Shown piece by piece: positions 48,830 through 60,700 of a stretch of 64,000 nucleotides of DNA. How positions within the stretch are numbered: the first letter of the stretch is position 1; every line of letters begins with the position of its first letter. Position numbers and translations under genes: made by a program. A model generated the notes under the pieces. It saw only the letters and a list, made by a program, of their open reading frames with translations, was not told where the DNA came from and did not search any database. The DNA lies in the IMG/VR virus record IMGVR_UViG_3300042460_000724, positions 46,306-110,305 of that record, one strand, 5' to 3'. Source of the stretch: a virus.

Positions 48830-48856
48830 TATTTATCCCCCGATTAAAGGGGATAA
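48830..48856 (-). promoter_or_regulatory. Late-promoter-like GATAAATA overlapped by an 8-bp stem-loop
   Basis: GATAAATA at 48837-48830; stem ttatcccc (48833-48840) / ggggataa (48849-48856). Confidence 0.5.
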
Positions 48857-48862
48857 TTTTCA

Positions 48863-51800
48863 TTAAGTGTTAATGTAAGTACTTACCATATTTACTTTTA
48901 AGTTAGCACTAGTTCCAGATGCATACAATGATACATTTCCAGATACTCCATTAATATTACTTGATAGTTCAATGATATCAGAAGTAACATTACTACAAAT
49001 ACTACCATAAATTGTTATATAAGCTGTAGTACCATCATGTATCAATAATGTTTCAACAGATTGGTATCCATCATCACCTGACGCACTGATAATATACTTT
49101 GCTGTTCTAAATGTGCTTGGGGAGAACTGATCTACAACTGTGTTTGAAGTTACTGATACATTACTACGATTACTTGTTAAACCACCGTTGTACGCAACAT
49201 AATTAGCTGTTACATTACCACTTACAGCTAAACTTGTCAATGTACCAACACTAGTAATATTTGGCTGTGCCGCTGTTGTTACCGTACCTGCTTTACCTGC
49301 AGTTTCTACGTTTAAGTTAGCAACTTGTGTAGTAGATGTTACAGTAAACGGTGCAGTACCTGTCGTTACGTTAGAAGTTAATGTAGTGGTAGTAATATTA
49401 CCTGACGCAAACAAGAATTCTGTACCCAAATTACCTGTATTTGCATTACCGGTAGCATTTAATGTACCTGCTATATTTGCACCAGTCGAGGTAACTACTA
49501 ATGTAGTATTTCCACCCGATACAGTATTAACATTGCCATTTGCAGTTGGAATACTTACATTACTTGTACCATTAGCTATCGAAGATGTATCGACATTGGC
49601 CCAAGATAATGTTCCAGATCCATTTGTTTGTAGATATTGTCCATTAGAACCGCCTGTGATATGTACATTAGCTACTGGACCTAATGCAACATTACTTGCA
49701 GATGTAAAATCAATAGTACTATTAGCAGTTAATCCAGCAAGTGTACCAACACTAGTAATATTTGGCTGACTTGCAGTTGTTAATGTGCCGGTTAAAGTTG
49801 TAGCAGAAATGTTATTAGCACCAGAAATATTTCCACCAGATGCTAATGTTATATTGGCTGAGTGTAAGTTACCTGATATGTTTGCATAGCCTGCAATATT
49901 TGCGCCAGTTCCAGTAATAACCAATGTGGTATTACCTGTAGCAGTAAGATTAATATTACCATTACTACTTGGAATATCAACATTACTATTGCCATTGCTG
50001 ATCCCTGTACCAGATGGTACAGCTGCCCAAGATAATGTTCCTGAACCATTTGTTTGTAAATAGTATCCATTAGTACCGCCGGTAATAGTAACATTACCTA
50101 CTGGTCCTAAATTACTTGTACCAGTAACTGCTAACGTTCCTACATTAGCTGAGCCAGCAGTACTTATATTACCACCAGATATATTACCAGTTACACTTAA
50201 GCTTGTTAGTGTTCCAACTGAAGTAATATTGGGTTGTGCATTAGTTGTTAAATTACCAGTTAAGGTGTTAGCAGAAATATTGTTTGCTCCGGAAATATTA
50301 CCACCTGAACCACCTGTCGTTATATTCCCTGCAGTTAGATTTCCAGTAACTGATAAATTACCTAATGTACCAACACTAGTTAATGATGAATTAACAATAG
50401 TACCGGCTAATGTAGTACCGGTTAAATTAGCGGCATTGGCTGTTATAGCTGTATTACTTGCGGCTGTTAATTGACCTTGACCATTAACTGTAAATGTTGC
50501 TACTGCATCACCTCCACCATATGAACCGGCAGTTACTGCAGTGTTACTAATACTAAATTGTGTTCCATTTAACGTTAAACCAGTACCAGCAGTATACGCA
50601 CCAGCACCTGAGAACTGTACCCAATATACCGGACTTGTTCCAACTGTAGTGACTGGATCTGTCATTACCCAACCAGTGTTGTCGTACAATGTACCTGCAG
50701 TAACGAATGTGAAATCACCTCCTGCCATTTCAGCCGGAGTATTAAAGTCTGCTGAACGTGTTAATACTGTACTGCTTGTAACATCATATATACCGTTATC
50801 TGCTGTAGATACCTCATTCTTAACTAGAACACGCATACCAACCGACAATGTAACGCCGTCAATAGTTGTGTATGTTCCTGTTGTTGTCAATGTTGCACCA
50901 ACACCGCTTGTACCGTTATTATATGTAACAGTACCGCCTGAGATACTTGCTAATGTAGTTTGTGTTGCCGCATTACAACTATCGTGTGTATGTAATCCTT
51001 GAGCAACATCATCAACGTATTGCTTAGTTGCCGCATCAGCTGGATTAACTGGAGTAGCAAGACTTACAATGTTGAAACTGTTTAGAGTAACATTGCCACC
51101 AAAACTACCTGTTCCGGTTGCAATTAAGTTTGTTGTACCTAAGTTACCAACGTTAGCATTACCGGTTGCATTTAATGCGACGGTAGTTAAATTACCAACG
51201 TTAGCGTTGCCACTTACAATTAATGATGATAGTGTACCTACACTGGTAATATTTGGTTGAGCGTTAGTTGTTACTGTATCTGCAGTTGTTGCAGATCCAG
51301 CAGTTGTTGCAAAGGTTGCATTAGCAACAGTACCAGTAACATTTGCACCTGCGATATTTGATAATCCACCGCCATTACCTGTAAATAGTCCGGTGTTAGC
51401 AGTAAATGCGGATGCGGTAACTGTTCCACTAACATCTAAGTTTGATAATGTGCCAACACTAGTAATATTTGGTTGAGCATTAGTTGTTACTGTACCGGCT
51501 GTAGTTGCTGTATTAGCTGTTCCGTAGAAGTTACCAATAAAGTAATTAGCAGATGCCGCATTACCTAAATTAGCGTTGTCAGTAGATAAATTGCCTGTAA
51601 CTGTTAATACGTTTGATGTTTTATTGAATGTGAAAGCATTACCGCCACCAATATTACCACCATCATTAAACAATACACTAGTGTTAGAACCACCAACGCT
51701 AACGTTACCACTAAAGTTACCACTAAAGTTACCACTAAAGTTAGTAGCAGTTAATGTGCCAGTAGCATTAATATTACCATTAATCATTACTATGTTAGAT

Positions 51801-52213
51801 GTAGCATTACCTACTGTTAAACTAGTTAAATTACCAACGCTAGTAATATTTGGTTGACTTGAACTTGTAGCGTCAAATACACCATGGAAGAAATTAGCTG
51901 TTGCTAAATTACCTAAATTAGCATTACCCGATGATATATTACCAGTAACTGATAAATCTGTTAGTGTGCCAACTGAAGTAATATTAGGTTGTGCATTTGT
52001 ATACACTGTTCCGGCAACTAAAGCATTGCCTACTTGGCCAGAGACATTTGCACCTGCTATATTACTTAAATTATTACCTGAACCAATAAAGAAATTAGCG
52101 GTAAGAGCGTTACCTAAATTAGCATTATTTGCCGTAATATTGCCGGTTATTCCATCTAGTAATATATTACCAGTTGTAATACCTTGTTTTACATTAAAAT
52201 ATTTTGTAGTCAT
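48863..52213 (-). CDS. Fibre 'stalk' protein
   Basis: 1116 aa with AQPNITSVG repeats, a DAATKQYVD domain and a C-terminal FRTAKY...LLIHDG..YITIYG domain. Confidence 0.8.
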   Translation of the reverse strand: MTTKYFNVKQGITTGNILLDGITGNITANNANLGNALTANFFIGSGNNLSNIAGANVSGQVGNALVAGTVYTNAQPNITSVGTLTDLSVTGNISSGNANLGNLATANFFHGVFDATSSSQPNITSVGNLTSLTVGNATSNIVMINGNINATGTLTATNFSGNFSGNFSGNVSVGGSNTSVLFNDGGNIGGGNAFTFNKTSNVLTVTGNLSTDNANLGNAASANYFIGNFYGTANTATTAGTVTTNAQPNITSVGTLSNLDVSGTVTASAFTANTGLFTGNGGGLSNIAGANVTGTVANATFATTAGSATTADTVTTNAQPNITSVGTLSSLIVSGNANVGNLTTVALNATGNANVGNLGTTNLIATGTGSFGGNVTLNSFNIVSLATPVNPADAATKQYVDDVAQGLHTHDSCNAATQTTLASISGGTVTYNNGTSGVGATLTTTGTYTTIDGVTLSVGMRVLVKNEVSTADNGIYDVTSSTVLTRSADFNTPAEMAGGDFTFVTAGTLYDNTGWVMTDPVTTVGTSPVYWVQFSGAGAYTAGTGLTLNGTQFSISNTAVTAGSYGGGDAVATFTVNGQGQLTAASNTAITANAANLTGTTLAGTIVNSSLTSVGTLGNLSVTGNLTAGNITTGGSGGNISGANNISANTLTGNLTTNAQPNITSVGTLTSLSVTGNISGGNISTAGSANVGTLAVTGTSNLGPVGNVTITGGTNGYYLQTNGSGTLSWAAVPSGTGISNGNSNVDIPSSNGNINLTATGNTTLVITGTGANIAGYANISGNLHSANITLASGGNISGANNISATTLTGTLTTASQPNITSVGTLAGLTANSTIDFTSASNVALGPVANVHITGGSNGQYLQTNGSGTLSWANVDTSSIANGTSNVSIPTANGNVNTVSGGNTTLVVTSTGANIAGTLNATGNANTGNLGTEFLFASGNITTTTLTSNVTTGTAPFTVTSTTQVANLNVETAGKAGTVTTAAQPNITSVGTLTSLAVSGNVTANYVAYNGGLTSNRSNVSVTSNTVVDQFSPSTFRTAKYIISASGDDGYQSVETLLIHDGTTAYITIYGSICSNVTSDIIELSSNINGVSGNVSLYASGTSANLKVNMVSTYINT

Positions 52214-52224
52214 TTTTAATCCTT

Positions 52225-53685
52225 TTAATCTGCTACGTAAACGCCCAATAAATTCACCGTTGTGTTAGCTGTACCAGTTGTGGCTAGCAACCTAACATTT
52301 CCGGAAACTATATCTGTAGATAATACTATAATGTCTAGACCTATAGTAGACAAGCTACCATATATAGTCACATAACTATTAGCATTATCATGAATCAATA
52401 ATACTTCAACAGCCTGATATCCATCATCGCTATTGACTCTCATTGTGTATTTAGCTGACCTGTACTTATTAACCGAAAAGCTGTCAACTACTGTGCTTGT
52501 TGTAACATTTATTGGGGTTCTGTTACTATAAACATCACTTACTTTTAAGTTGGTGATAGTCGCTGTGGACTGCACTACCAAATTACCTGTTGTGCTAATA
52601 TTATTAGCAATTAAATTACCACGGGCGGTTACATTTCCAGCAATACTTCCTAATGTAATATTGGCTAATAATCCAATGTTAATATTATCTATCGCACTAG
52701 TAAAAATACCAGCACTATTGCCTACGACAGTAATTACCCCGGTATCTAATGTTATTGTACCTGCAGTAGAAGTTATATTTCCAGTAATATTAGCATTTCC
52801 ACTAGCAATTACATCTCCAAGTATGTTAACATTAGTTTTATTAATTGTTGTAACTATATTGCTATTACCCGAGCCACCTACTACAAATTTAATTGACGTA
52901 TTGTTTTTGACCGTTCCCATTACTAGGTTACCACCAACATTGCCACGAACATACAAATATCCGTCATCTGCTGACAATGCGTTACCTAATGAGTTTAACT
53001 GGGCGCCATCCCAGGTACTACCCGCAATGCCCATATTAATATAGTTTGTGGTGCTATTCCCGTTATCTGCTGTTAATACTATATCGGTGCTAGCGGATGA
53101 CCCAGTATTAATATTTTGAAAATTGACTTGGGCCGCGCTATTTAAGTTACCGGTATATTGTGCTATCGTGTTTGGTACTGCAGTAAATCCAGTGACACCT
53201 ACTTGAAGTGCATTTTTACCATTAGTAGTATTACCATAAAACACACCACTAACTGCAGTTGCATTATAAGTTGAAAAAGTATTAGTTGTTATATCAAATG
53301 TAAGATTTGCGGATGCACCGAATGCATTAGCATTGTTAAATTGAATTTGAGTGTTAGTGCCAGCTGGTGATCCACCTAAATCCCAAGCAGTGCCGTTTGC
53401 ATATAATAAATGATCAGTTAATATATTTCCTGCAGAGACATTACCTGTTAATGATAATGCAGAAGATGTTCCAGGGTACGCAGTAGTTTGATCAGTATTG
53501 TCCGGAAATACAATATTCCCGGTACTATCAAAAATCCAAATACTATTACCATTATCAGAAACTATATCAACATCTATATAAGAGCTAATCTTTGATGTAA
53601 AGACGTTGCCAGAGGTATCTATCACCTCGGTAAGTTGATCACCTACCGAGAATCCGTTTATAGAATTAAACCACTTTATTGCCAT
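52225..53685 (-). CDS. Fibre/structural protein
   Basis: 486 aa; FNSINGFSVG N-terminus and C-terminal YRSAKY...LLIHD..YVTIYG domain. Confidence 0.75.
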   Translation of the reverse strand: MAIKWFNSINGFSVGDQLTEVIDTSGNVFTSKISSYIDVDIVSDNGNSIWIFDSTGNIVFPDNTDQTTAYPGTSSALSLTGNVSAGNILTDHLLYANGTAWDLGGSPAGTNTQIQFNNANAFGASANLTFDITTNTFSTYNATAVSGVFYGNTTNGKNALQVGVTGFTAVPNTIAQYTGNLNSAAQVNFQNINTGSSASTDIVLTADNGNSTTNYINMGIAGSTWDGAQLNSLGNALSADDGYLYVRGNVGGNLVMGTVKNNTSIKFVVGGSGNSNIVTTINKTNVNILGDVIASGNANITGNITSTAGTITLDTGVITVVGNSAGIFTSAIDNINIGLLANITLGSIAGNVTARGNLIANNISTTGNLVVQSTATITNLKVSDVYSNRTPINVTTSTVVDSFSVNKYRSAKYTMRVNSDDGYQAVEVLLIHDNANSYVTIYGSLSTIGLDIIVLSTDIVSGNVRLLATTGTANTTVNLLGVYVAD

Positions 53686-53703
53686 ATAATATGTAAAGTA
53701 CCC

Positions 53704-56700
53704 TTAAATTGTTCTAACCTGTGTAGTCCAAACTGTAGCATTTGTACTTGCTGGCGTTGCTTGTAGGTTAACATAATAATTGCTACCCGAGTTGCTCATA
53801 TTAACAGCTAATGTTCCTGTGCTTGCCCCGATACGGACAGTTCCGTAAGTAACATAATCAACATTTGATCCGTCTGTAACTGCTAACACTGTTGCTACAC
53901 TATATTTTGCGTTAGATACAGTATCATGTCCTTTAACTAAGAACTCAAAACCAGTAGCAGTTGATCCAGTTACTTCAAATGATGCAATAGTTTGATTAGC
54001 AGTAATCGCAGTAGTAGTAACCGTATTTGCAGTAACAGTTGTATTACCAATATCTACGGTATTAGCTTCAAATACTGCCGCTGTTAATGTACCGGTAGTT
54101 GAAAGATTACCAACTGAAACATTACCTGTTATATTTGCTGTACCGGTTACATCAAGTTGAGTACCACTAAATGTTAAGTTAGCACTTTGTTGTAAGTTGC
54201 CATTAGTATCAGTGTATATAATACTGTTAGATTGTGTTAAGGTAGTAACAGTTGCAGTATTTGTCGTTAATTTACCACTGAAGTTAGCAACATTACCATT
54301 AATCTCTTGAGATACATTTACGTAATTAGCTGTAGCTAAATTACCTAAATTAGCATTTAATGATGTTAAATTACCACTGAAGTTAGCAACATTGCCATTA
54401 ATCTCTTGGGATACGTTTACGTAATTAGCTGTAGCTAAATTACCGAAATTAGCATTTAATGATGTTAAATTACCACTGAAGTTAGCAACATTGCCATTAA
54501 GTTGTTGTGATACATTTACGTAATTAGCTGTAGCCAAGTTACCTAAATTAGCATTTAATGTTGTTAAATTGCCACTGAAGTTAGCAACATTACCATTAAT
54601 CTCTTGGGATACATTTACATAATTAGCCGTAGCCAGGTTACCTAAATTAGCATTTAATGATGTTAAATTACCACTGAAGTTAGCAACATTGCCATTAAGT
54701 TGTTGTGATACATTTACGTAATTAGCCGTAGCCAAGTTACCTAAATTAACTGCACCGGCTCCAGGGAATAGTGTATTACCGTTATTAGCAAATGTCCAAG
54801 TGTCAGAAATTGAACCACCTGTACCAACTTGTACTGTTACGTTACCACCACGATTTTGGAATATGTCTGTTTGACTTGTACCTAATGTGATACCTGAACC
54901 AGCAAATGTTCCACCTTGAATTTGTGAAGCACCACCTAATGTTATGGCACCACTTGGGGCAAATTGTGTTGCATTGCCAGCTGAGTAGATTGCTACGATA
55001 CCAGAACCAACTCCCATACTAATTGATGTATTAGCCGTAGTATTGTAAATATCTGGAAGTTGAACATTGCCACTAAAGTTTGCTGTATTACCTGATAGTG
55101 CTAAGTTAACTGTTAAGTTATTTGTTATTAAATTACCACTTATATTTGCAGTAGAAGCAACTAAATTACCAGAGAACGTATTTGCAGAAACTACATTAGC
55201 ACCAGTGATGTTACCACCAGAACCAGTTGTACTGATATTACCAAAAGTACCGTTGCCAGTAGCAACAACTTCACCACTAGTATTAATATTACCACCAGTT
55301 ATATTACCGGTTGCAATGATTAGACCTCCGGTACCTAAATTACCAACGTTAGCATTACCAGTTACACCTAGTGTTAGGTTAGCTGTTAATGTGTTTGCAG
55401 TTAAAGTACCTGTTAGTGATAGTGAATTACCGGTTGCAGCACCAATGTTTGGTGTTGTAAGATTTGCGCTATCTTTAACAACGACATTTCCACCTACAAT
55501 AGCAGTTGTGTTATTGTCAGTATTAACACTGAATACAGAACCAGTTAATGTTAAACCTGCACCAGCAGTATATGTACCAGCACCAGAGAACTGTACCCAA
55601 TCAACCGGCGATGTACCAACAGTAGTTACTACATCAATCATTACCCAACCGGTGTTATCGTATAGTGTACCTGCAGTAACGAATGTAAAGTCACCACCTG
55701 CCATTTCAGCCGGAGTATTAAAGTCTGCTGAACGAGTCAATACTGTACTACTTGTACGGTCATATATACCGTTATGTGCAGTATTAGCTTCGTTCTTAAC
55801 AAGAATACGCATTCCATTTGACAATGTAACACCGTCAATAGTTGTGTATGTTCCTGTTGTTGTCAATGTTGCACCAACACCATCAGTACCATTATTATAT
55901 GTAACAGTACCACCTGAAATTGTTGCTAGTGTTGTAGTTGTGGCTGCATTACAGCTATCGTGCGTATGTAAGCCTTGTGCAACGTCATCAACATATTGTT
56001 TTGTTGCCGCATCAGTAGATGCAGTTGGGGTTGCCAAACTTGTAATACGTTTACTTGATACATCAACTGTACCATTTCCAGTTGGTGTTAATACAACTGA
56101 GTTATCACCTGTAGCCGCTGATAATACTAAGTTAGCAAAGTTAGAAGTTAATGAAGTGGAAATCAATGCTGAGGTTGTAATATTACCTGTAACATTTATC
56201 AAGCCACCTGCAAATATATTACCAGAAACTCCAACTCCACCATTAGCAACTAACGCACCTGTACTAGTAGACGTTGTGGCTATTGTTGTATTACTGATTG
56301 TTACTAAGGTAAAGTTATTAGCACGATTAAGGAATGTAAATGCATCTGCTTCACTGGCTATACTATTTGATGCAGCCGATAATAAGATTTTTGCACTATT
56401 ACCTGTTGCTCCTGCAAATAGACTTAGTTGACCAGAAGTATTATTATATCCCCCTCTGATTTCTAATGTACTGTTACTTAAATTTACTATTTCATTTTGA
56501 TATAGACTACCTAATGCTATATTACCTGTTAGATTTAATGTAGAGAATGCATTGATAGCACCAGTAACTGATAATAAGTTACCAACGTTCAATGTGTTTG
56601 CAATATTAGCAATATTAGAACCGGATACAAAAGTAAATCCATTACTTGAGTTAGCATTCCCGCCATCATTAATAACTACACCGGTAGTTGGTCCAGGAAT

Positions 56701-57711
56701 AGTAATATTACCAGAAATGTTACCAGTTATGTTACCATTAATGTTTGCACCGTTGATGTTGCCGGTTGCATTAATGTTACCTGTTATATCAATACCACTT
56801 ATTGAAACTACTACAACGTTAGCTACTGCAACGTTACCATTAGCAGTATTAGCAATGTTAAAAGTTACATTACCGTTTGAATATGTTTGTACAGTTGTAT
56901 TACCATTAGTTAGCTTATCAGCAGAAGTTGCCACAACACCTGTTATGTTTGCACCATTACCACTAATATAGTTAGCACTGATGTTGCCAGTAATATTAGC
57001 ATTACCGGTTATCGACATATTATTAGCACTAATATTGCTATTAGATTCTATGTTTGTAGTAAACTTTACTATACCAGTACCGTTTGGTGTCAACGTGATG
57101 TTTGCATTAGCGGTACTACCTATTGTGCTATCATTAAATGTTAGATTACCAATGCTAGTGCCACTAGGCAAATTTGTTACACCAGTTAATCCTATATAAC
57201 GATAACCTACGATGTATAGTACCTTACCTGCCGTTAACGCTGCCGGTATAGTTTCACCAATGAAGTTTAGTACACCAGACTGATAGTTATAATAATATTG
57301 ACCATTACCACCTGAACCAGCGGCAAAGATTTGCGTACCAGTTGCTGTTGGGTTAGCTACTCCGGGATTATCAATCCAAACTTGAGCAGTATATGTTGCA
57401 CCAAATTCAGAAGGTATCCAATAAGTTAAACTAGTTAACCAAGTTGGGTATATACCACCGATCGGTACAGTAGTTGTATCTGCTGTACATTGTATTGCGC
57501 TTGCACCTGTATAAGCTTGAACAATACCTGCAGTTGCGGCTGCGACACCTGGTATTTGATTAGCTTGTGTCCATAACGTGTCTCCACGTAATAGTAACGG
57601 ACTAGGTATTGATTCATTACTAGGACTCTTATTAGTACTAGTATCGGTTTTAGTTACCCCGAACGCTTGTTTATATAATAAGTCAACGATTTGTGCTTGT
57701 GATACGGCCAT
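53704..57711 (-). CDS. Fibre 'stalk' protein with a distinct N-terminal globular domain
   Basis: 1335 aa with a DAATKQYVD domain, 33-aa tandem repeats and a C-terminal domain ending DYVTYG...WTTQVRTI. Confidence 0.8.
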   Translation of the reverse strand: MAVSQAQIVDLLYKQAFGVTKTDTSTNKSPSNESIPSPLLLRGDTLWTQANQIPGVAAATAGIVQAYTGASAIQCTADTTTVPIGGIYPTWLTSLTYWIPSEFGATYTAQVWIDNPGVANPTATGTQIFAAGSGGNGQYYYNYQSGVLNFIGETIPAALTAGKVLYIVGYRYIGLTGVTNLPSGTSIGNLTFNDSTIGSTANANITLTPNGTGIVKFTTNIESNSNISANNMSITGNANITGNISANYISGNGANITGVVATSADKLTNGNTTVQTYSNGNVTFNIANTANGNVAVANVVVVSISGIDITGNINATGNINGANINGNITGNISGNITIPGPTTGVVINDGGNANSSNGFTFVSGSNIANIANTLNVGNLLSVTGAINAFSTLNLTGNIALGSLYQNEIVNLSNSTLEIRGGYNNTSGQLSLFAGATGNSAKILLSAASNSIASEADAFTFLNRANNFTLVTISNTTIATTSTSTGALVANGGVGVSGNIFAGGLINVTGNITTSALISTSLTSNFANLVLSAATGDNSVVLTPTGNGTVDVSSKRITSLATPTASTDAATKQYVDDVAQGLHTHDSCNAATTTTLATISGGTVTYNNGTDGVGATLTTTGTYTTIDGVTLSNGMRILVKNEANTAHNGIYDRTSSTVLTRSADFNTPAEMAGGDFTFVTAGTLYDNTGWVMIDVVTTVGTSPVDWVQFSGAGTYTAGAGLTLTGSVFSVNTDNNTTAIVGGNVVVKDSANLTTPNIGAATGNSLSLTGTLTANTLTANLTLGVTGNANVGNLGTGGLIIATGNITGGNINTSGEVVATGNGTFGNISTTGSGGNITGANVVSANTFSGNLVASTANISGNLITNNLTVNLALSGNTANFSGNVQLPDIYNTTANTSISMGVGSGIVAIYSAGNATQFAPSGAITLGGASQIQGGTFAGSGITLGTSQTDIFQNRGGNVTVQVGTGGSISDTWTFANNGNTLFPGAGAVNLGNLATANYVNVSQQLNGNVANFSGNLTSLNANLGNLATANYVNVSQEINGNVANFSGNLTTLNANLGNLATANYVNVSQQLNGNVANFSGNLTSLNANFGNLATANYVNVSQEINGNVANFSGNLTSLNANLGNLATANYVNVSQEINGNVANFSGKLTTNTATVTTLTQSNSIIYTDTNGNLQQSANLTFSGTQLDVTGTANITGNVSVGNLSTTGTLTAAVFEANTVDIGNTTVTANTVTTTAITANQTIASFEVTGSTATGFEFLVKGHDTVSNAKYSVATVLAVTDGSNVDYVTYGTVRIGASTGTLAVNMSNSGSNYYVNLQATPASTNATVWTTQVRTI
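54267..54750 (-). repeat. 99-bp (33-aa) tandem repeat, about 5 copies
   Basis: Unit ANLGNLATANYVNVSQ(Q/E)(L/I)NGNVANFSGNLTSLN; aagttagcaac recurs at 54281, 54380, 54479, 54578 and 54677. Confidence 0.9.
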
Positions 57712-57713
57712 GA

Positions 57714-60700
57714 TTAGTTACTCGCAGTTTGTAATGATAATGCAGTCACCGATTGACCGCTTGTTAATGCTATACGGATATAAATTTCGTTATCTGGTGT
57801 ACTTGAACTACTTACAGTACCAAATGTTGCAGTAACAGATTTATTAGTTTGTGCCGAATTTAATGGTGCAACACCACCTAACGATGCTCCATTGCTTCCA
57901 TTTCCACCTGTTCCTGCACCTGGTTGACCTGCACCTGCATACGCTATGCTCATATCTAACCAACCATTTAATGTAGAAGAAGTATCAATAGCACTACCCG
58001 GTAATGCTACCCATAAACCAGCAATTGTGCCTGACCATTTAATATCAAATTTAGATACAGATGTACGTACAATCTTAATTGTAAAATACTGTGTTCCAGT
58101 ACGTCCTGAACTTAAGTCAGGGCCAACTGGTAAATAACCAGTACTATAGTTTGTTTGATCATGTTTTAATGTGTTTGCAACAACAGTTGAATCATATGTT
58201 TGTAATGTACCTGACTGGCTATTGAAGGCTGCTTCACTGCCAGTGTATGCAGGAGTATTTCCTGATCCTGGGTTGACAATCCTAAATGCCAATCCTGATC
58301 CACTACCAATAGTTGAACCAACAAAAACGTTTGCTTCTTCGATAACAGAAGCAGAACTAGTTGTACCTGTTTTATACAATACATTTGCCGCCAACGTTGA
58401 AGTAAATGCTTGTGTATTAGAGTTATAACTATTATTAGATGCTAGTGAAGGACCTGTACTGCTTGCGCCAAAACCTGATATAATAGTTGATGTAGTTGAT
58501 ATAGAAGCATTACCTGAACTTACATATAAATTCTGTGCTAACGGTGTTGTAACACCGGCTGCCGCATATGTAACACTTGCAGGAGCAGCAAATGCACCAC
58601 CTGCAGTACCTGTAACAAAACTATCACTTGTTGGGTACATATTACCGCTTAACTTATTAACATTAGCAGTCAATGTAAACTGATTGGTGTTATTGTAATG
58701 CGGTACTGTACTTGAATAAGTATAACTTGGTGAGACAGGAGCAGATATAGTTAATGAGCTAAATGCTGGTGTACCCGGTGCACTTGAATCATAGAACCAA
58801 CTAGTAGTATTTGTATTAGTTGTGGCACTATCAGCAATATAAACTTCGTTCCAACCTTCTGTTACAGTACCTGCAACTCTAGATGAGAATACTGACCAAA
58901 AGCCAGCGGCAATATTTGCGTTTGCAACATTGTAGTCATAATTATTAAAAATTACTAAATTACTGTATGTACCGTTTCCATCAAGCGCAGTTGTTAATGT
59001 TCTGCTCCCTGCATTGCTACCATTTAAGAATGCAGTAATAGTACCAGTATCTCCTGGACCTGCTATAGTAATATTACCAGTTGTGTATGAACTTGCTCTA
59101 CGTGCAGATGTGACAGTTGTACCACCTGCTACTGATTTATTAGCACCAGGTGTGTTGTCAGTTTGAACATAATTTGCCATACGGTATGTTGACAAGGTTT
59201 GAACACTAATTGACTGACTTGCAGGGAAATTAGGGGGAGCAGGAGGAACTAGTTTTCCTAATACTGTGTTTAGTTGAGCAATTGCGTTAGATACCGATGA
59301 ATCAGTTGTTAATGTTACTGCATTACTAATCAAGTTACCTTGTGTTGGTGAACCCATTGCAATAGCAGTTGCACCACCGGACGTATTTGCAATTACAACT
59401 ACACCGGTACCGTTTGGATCTAATACTAAATTAGAGTTACTTTCTGTAGTAATGTTACCATCTGCTACAGTTAATATATTTTGTATTACTGTTCCTGTAT
59501 CAGAAACATTCATTATATTTGCAACACCATTTGCGGCAAATATGATAGGACCATTAGCAGTTGGAATAGTTACATTACTTGTACCATTAGCAAGTTCACT
59601 TGATGATGCGGCTGAAACTCCAGTTAACTGACTACCATTACCAATAAAGTAAGAAGCACTAACATTACCGGTTACATTTGCATAGCCCGTAATATTTGCA
59701 CCAAGTTGAGTAACTACCAAAGTAGTATTGCCGTTAGCTACAAGATTAACATTACCATTTGCTGTTGGGATACTTACATTAGAAGTACCATTAGCTACAC
59801 CTGAAGAATCAATTGATGCCCAAGTTAAATTACCAGAACCATTTGTTTGTAAATAGTACCCGTTAGAACCACCGGTAATTGTAACATTACCAACGTTACC
59901 TAAATTACTAGTACCAGTAACTATTAAATTACCTACATTTGCTACATTTGAAATGTTTGCACTACCGGTAACAGTTAATAATTGAGTACCGTCATTGAAC
60001 GCAAAGTTTGCACTAGCACCAAAATTATTGTTACCATCATTAAACTGAATCTGAGTATTAGCACCGGCTGCTTCTTGTAAATCCCAAGGTTGACCATTTG
60101 CATATAATAAATTATTTGTTCTTAGGTTACCAACATTTGCTGTATCAGTTACAAACACATTGCTTGCTACATTTACAAAGTTTGCTGTAGCTAGATTACC
60201 TAAATTAGCATTATTAAACTGAGAGTTACCAATAACAGTTAATAGTTGAGTACTATCATTGTATGTTATATTAGCAGAATTAGTTAATACACCACCAGTA
60301 CCGGCAAATGTTACATATGTATTTGTTAATGCATTAGATTGTAAGTTGGCAGCAATAACATTACCACTAAAATTAGCAGTATTACCTGATAGTTCTAAGT
60401 TAACTGTAACATTTGGAGCAATAACGTTGCCACTGAAATTTGCTGTGTTTCCTGATAGTGCTAAGTTAACTGTCACATTCGGAGCTATTACATTACCACT
60501 AAAATTAGCAGTATTACCCGATAATTCTAAATTAACTGTTACATTCGGAGCTATTACATTACCACTAAAGTTTGCCGCATTACCGGTTAAAGTTAAACCA
60601 ATATTTGCATTGCCGGTTACTTCTAATGAAGATAGATATGTTATATTAGATAGTGATAGACCGCCCGCATTCGCTGAAATAGATTGATCACCAATAATAA

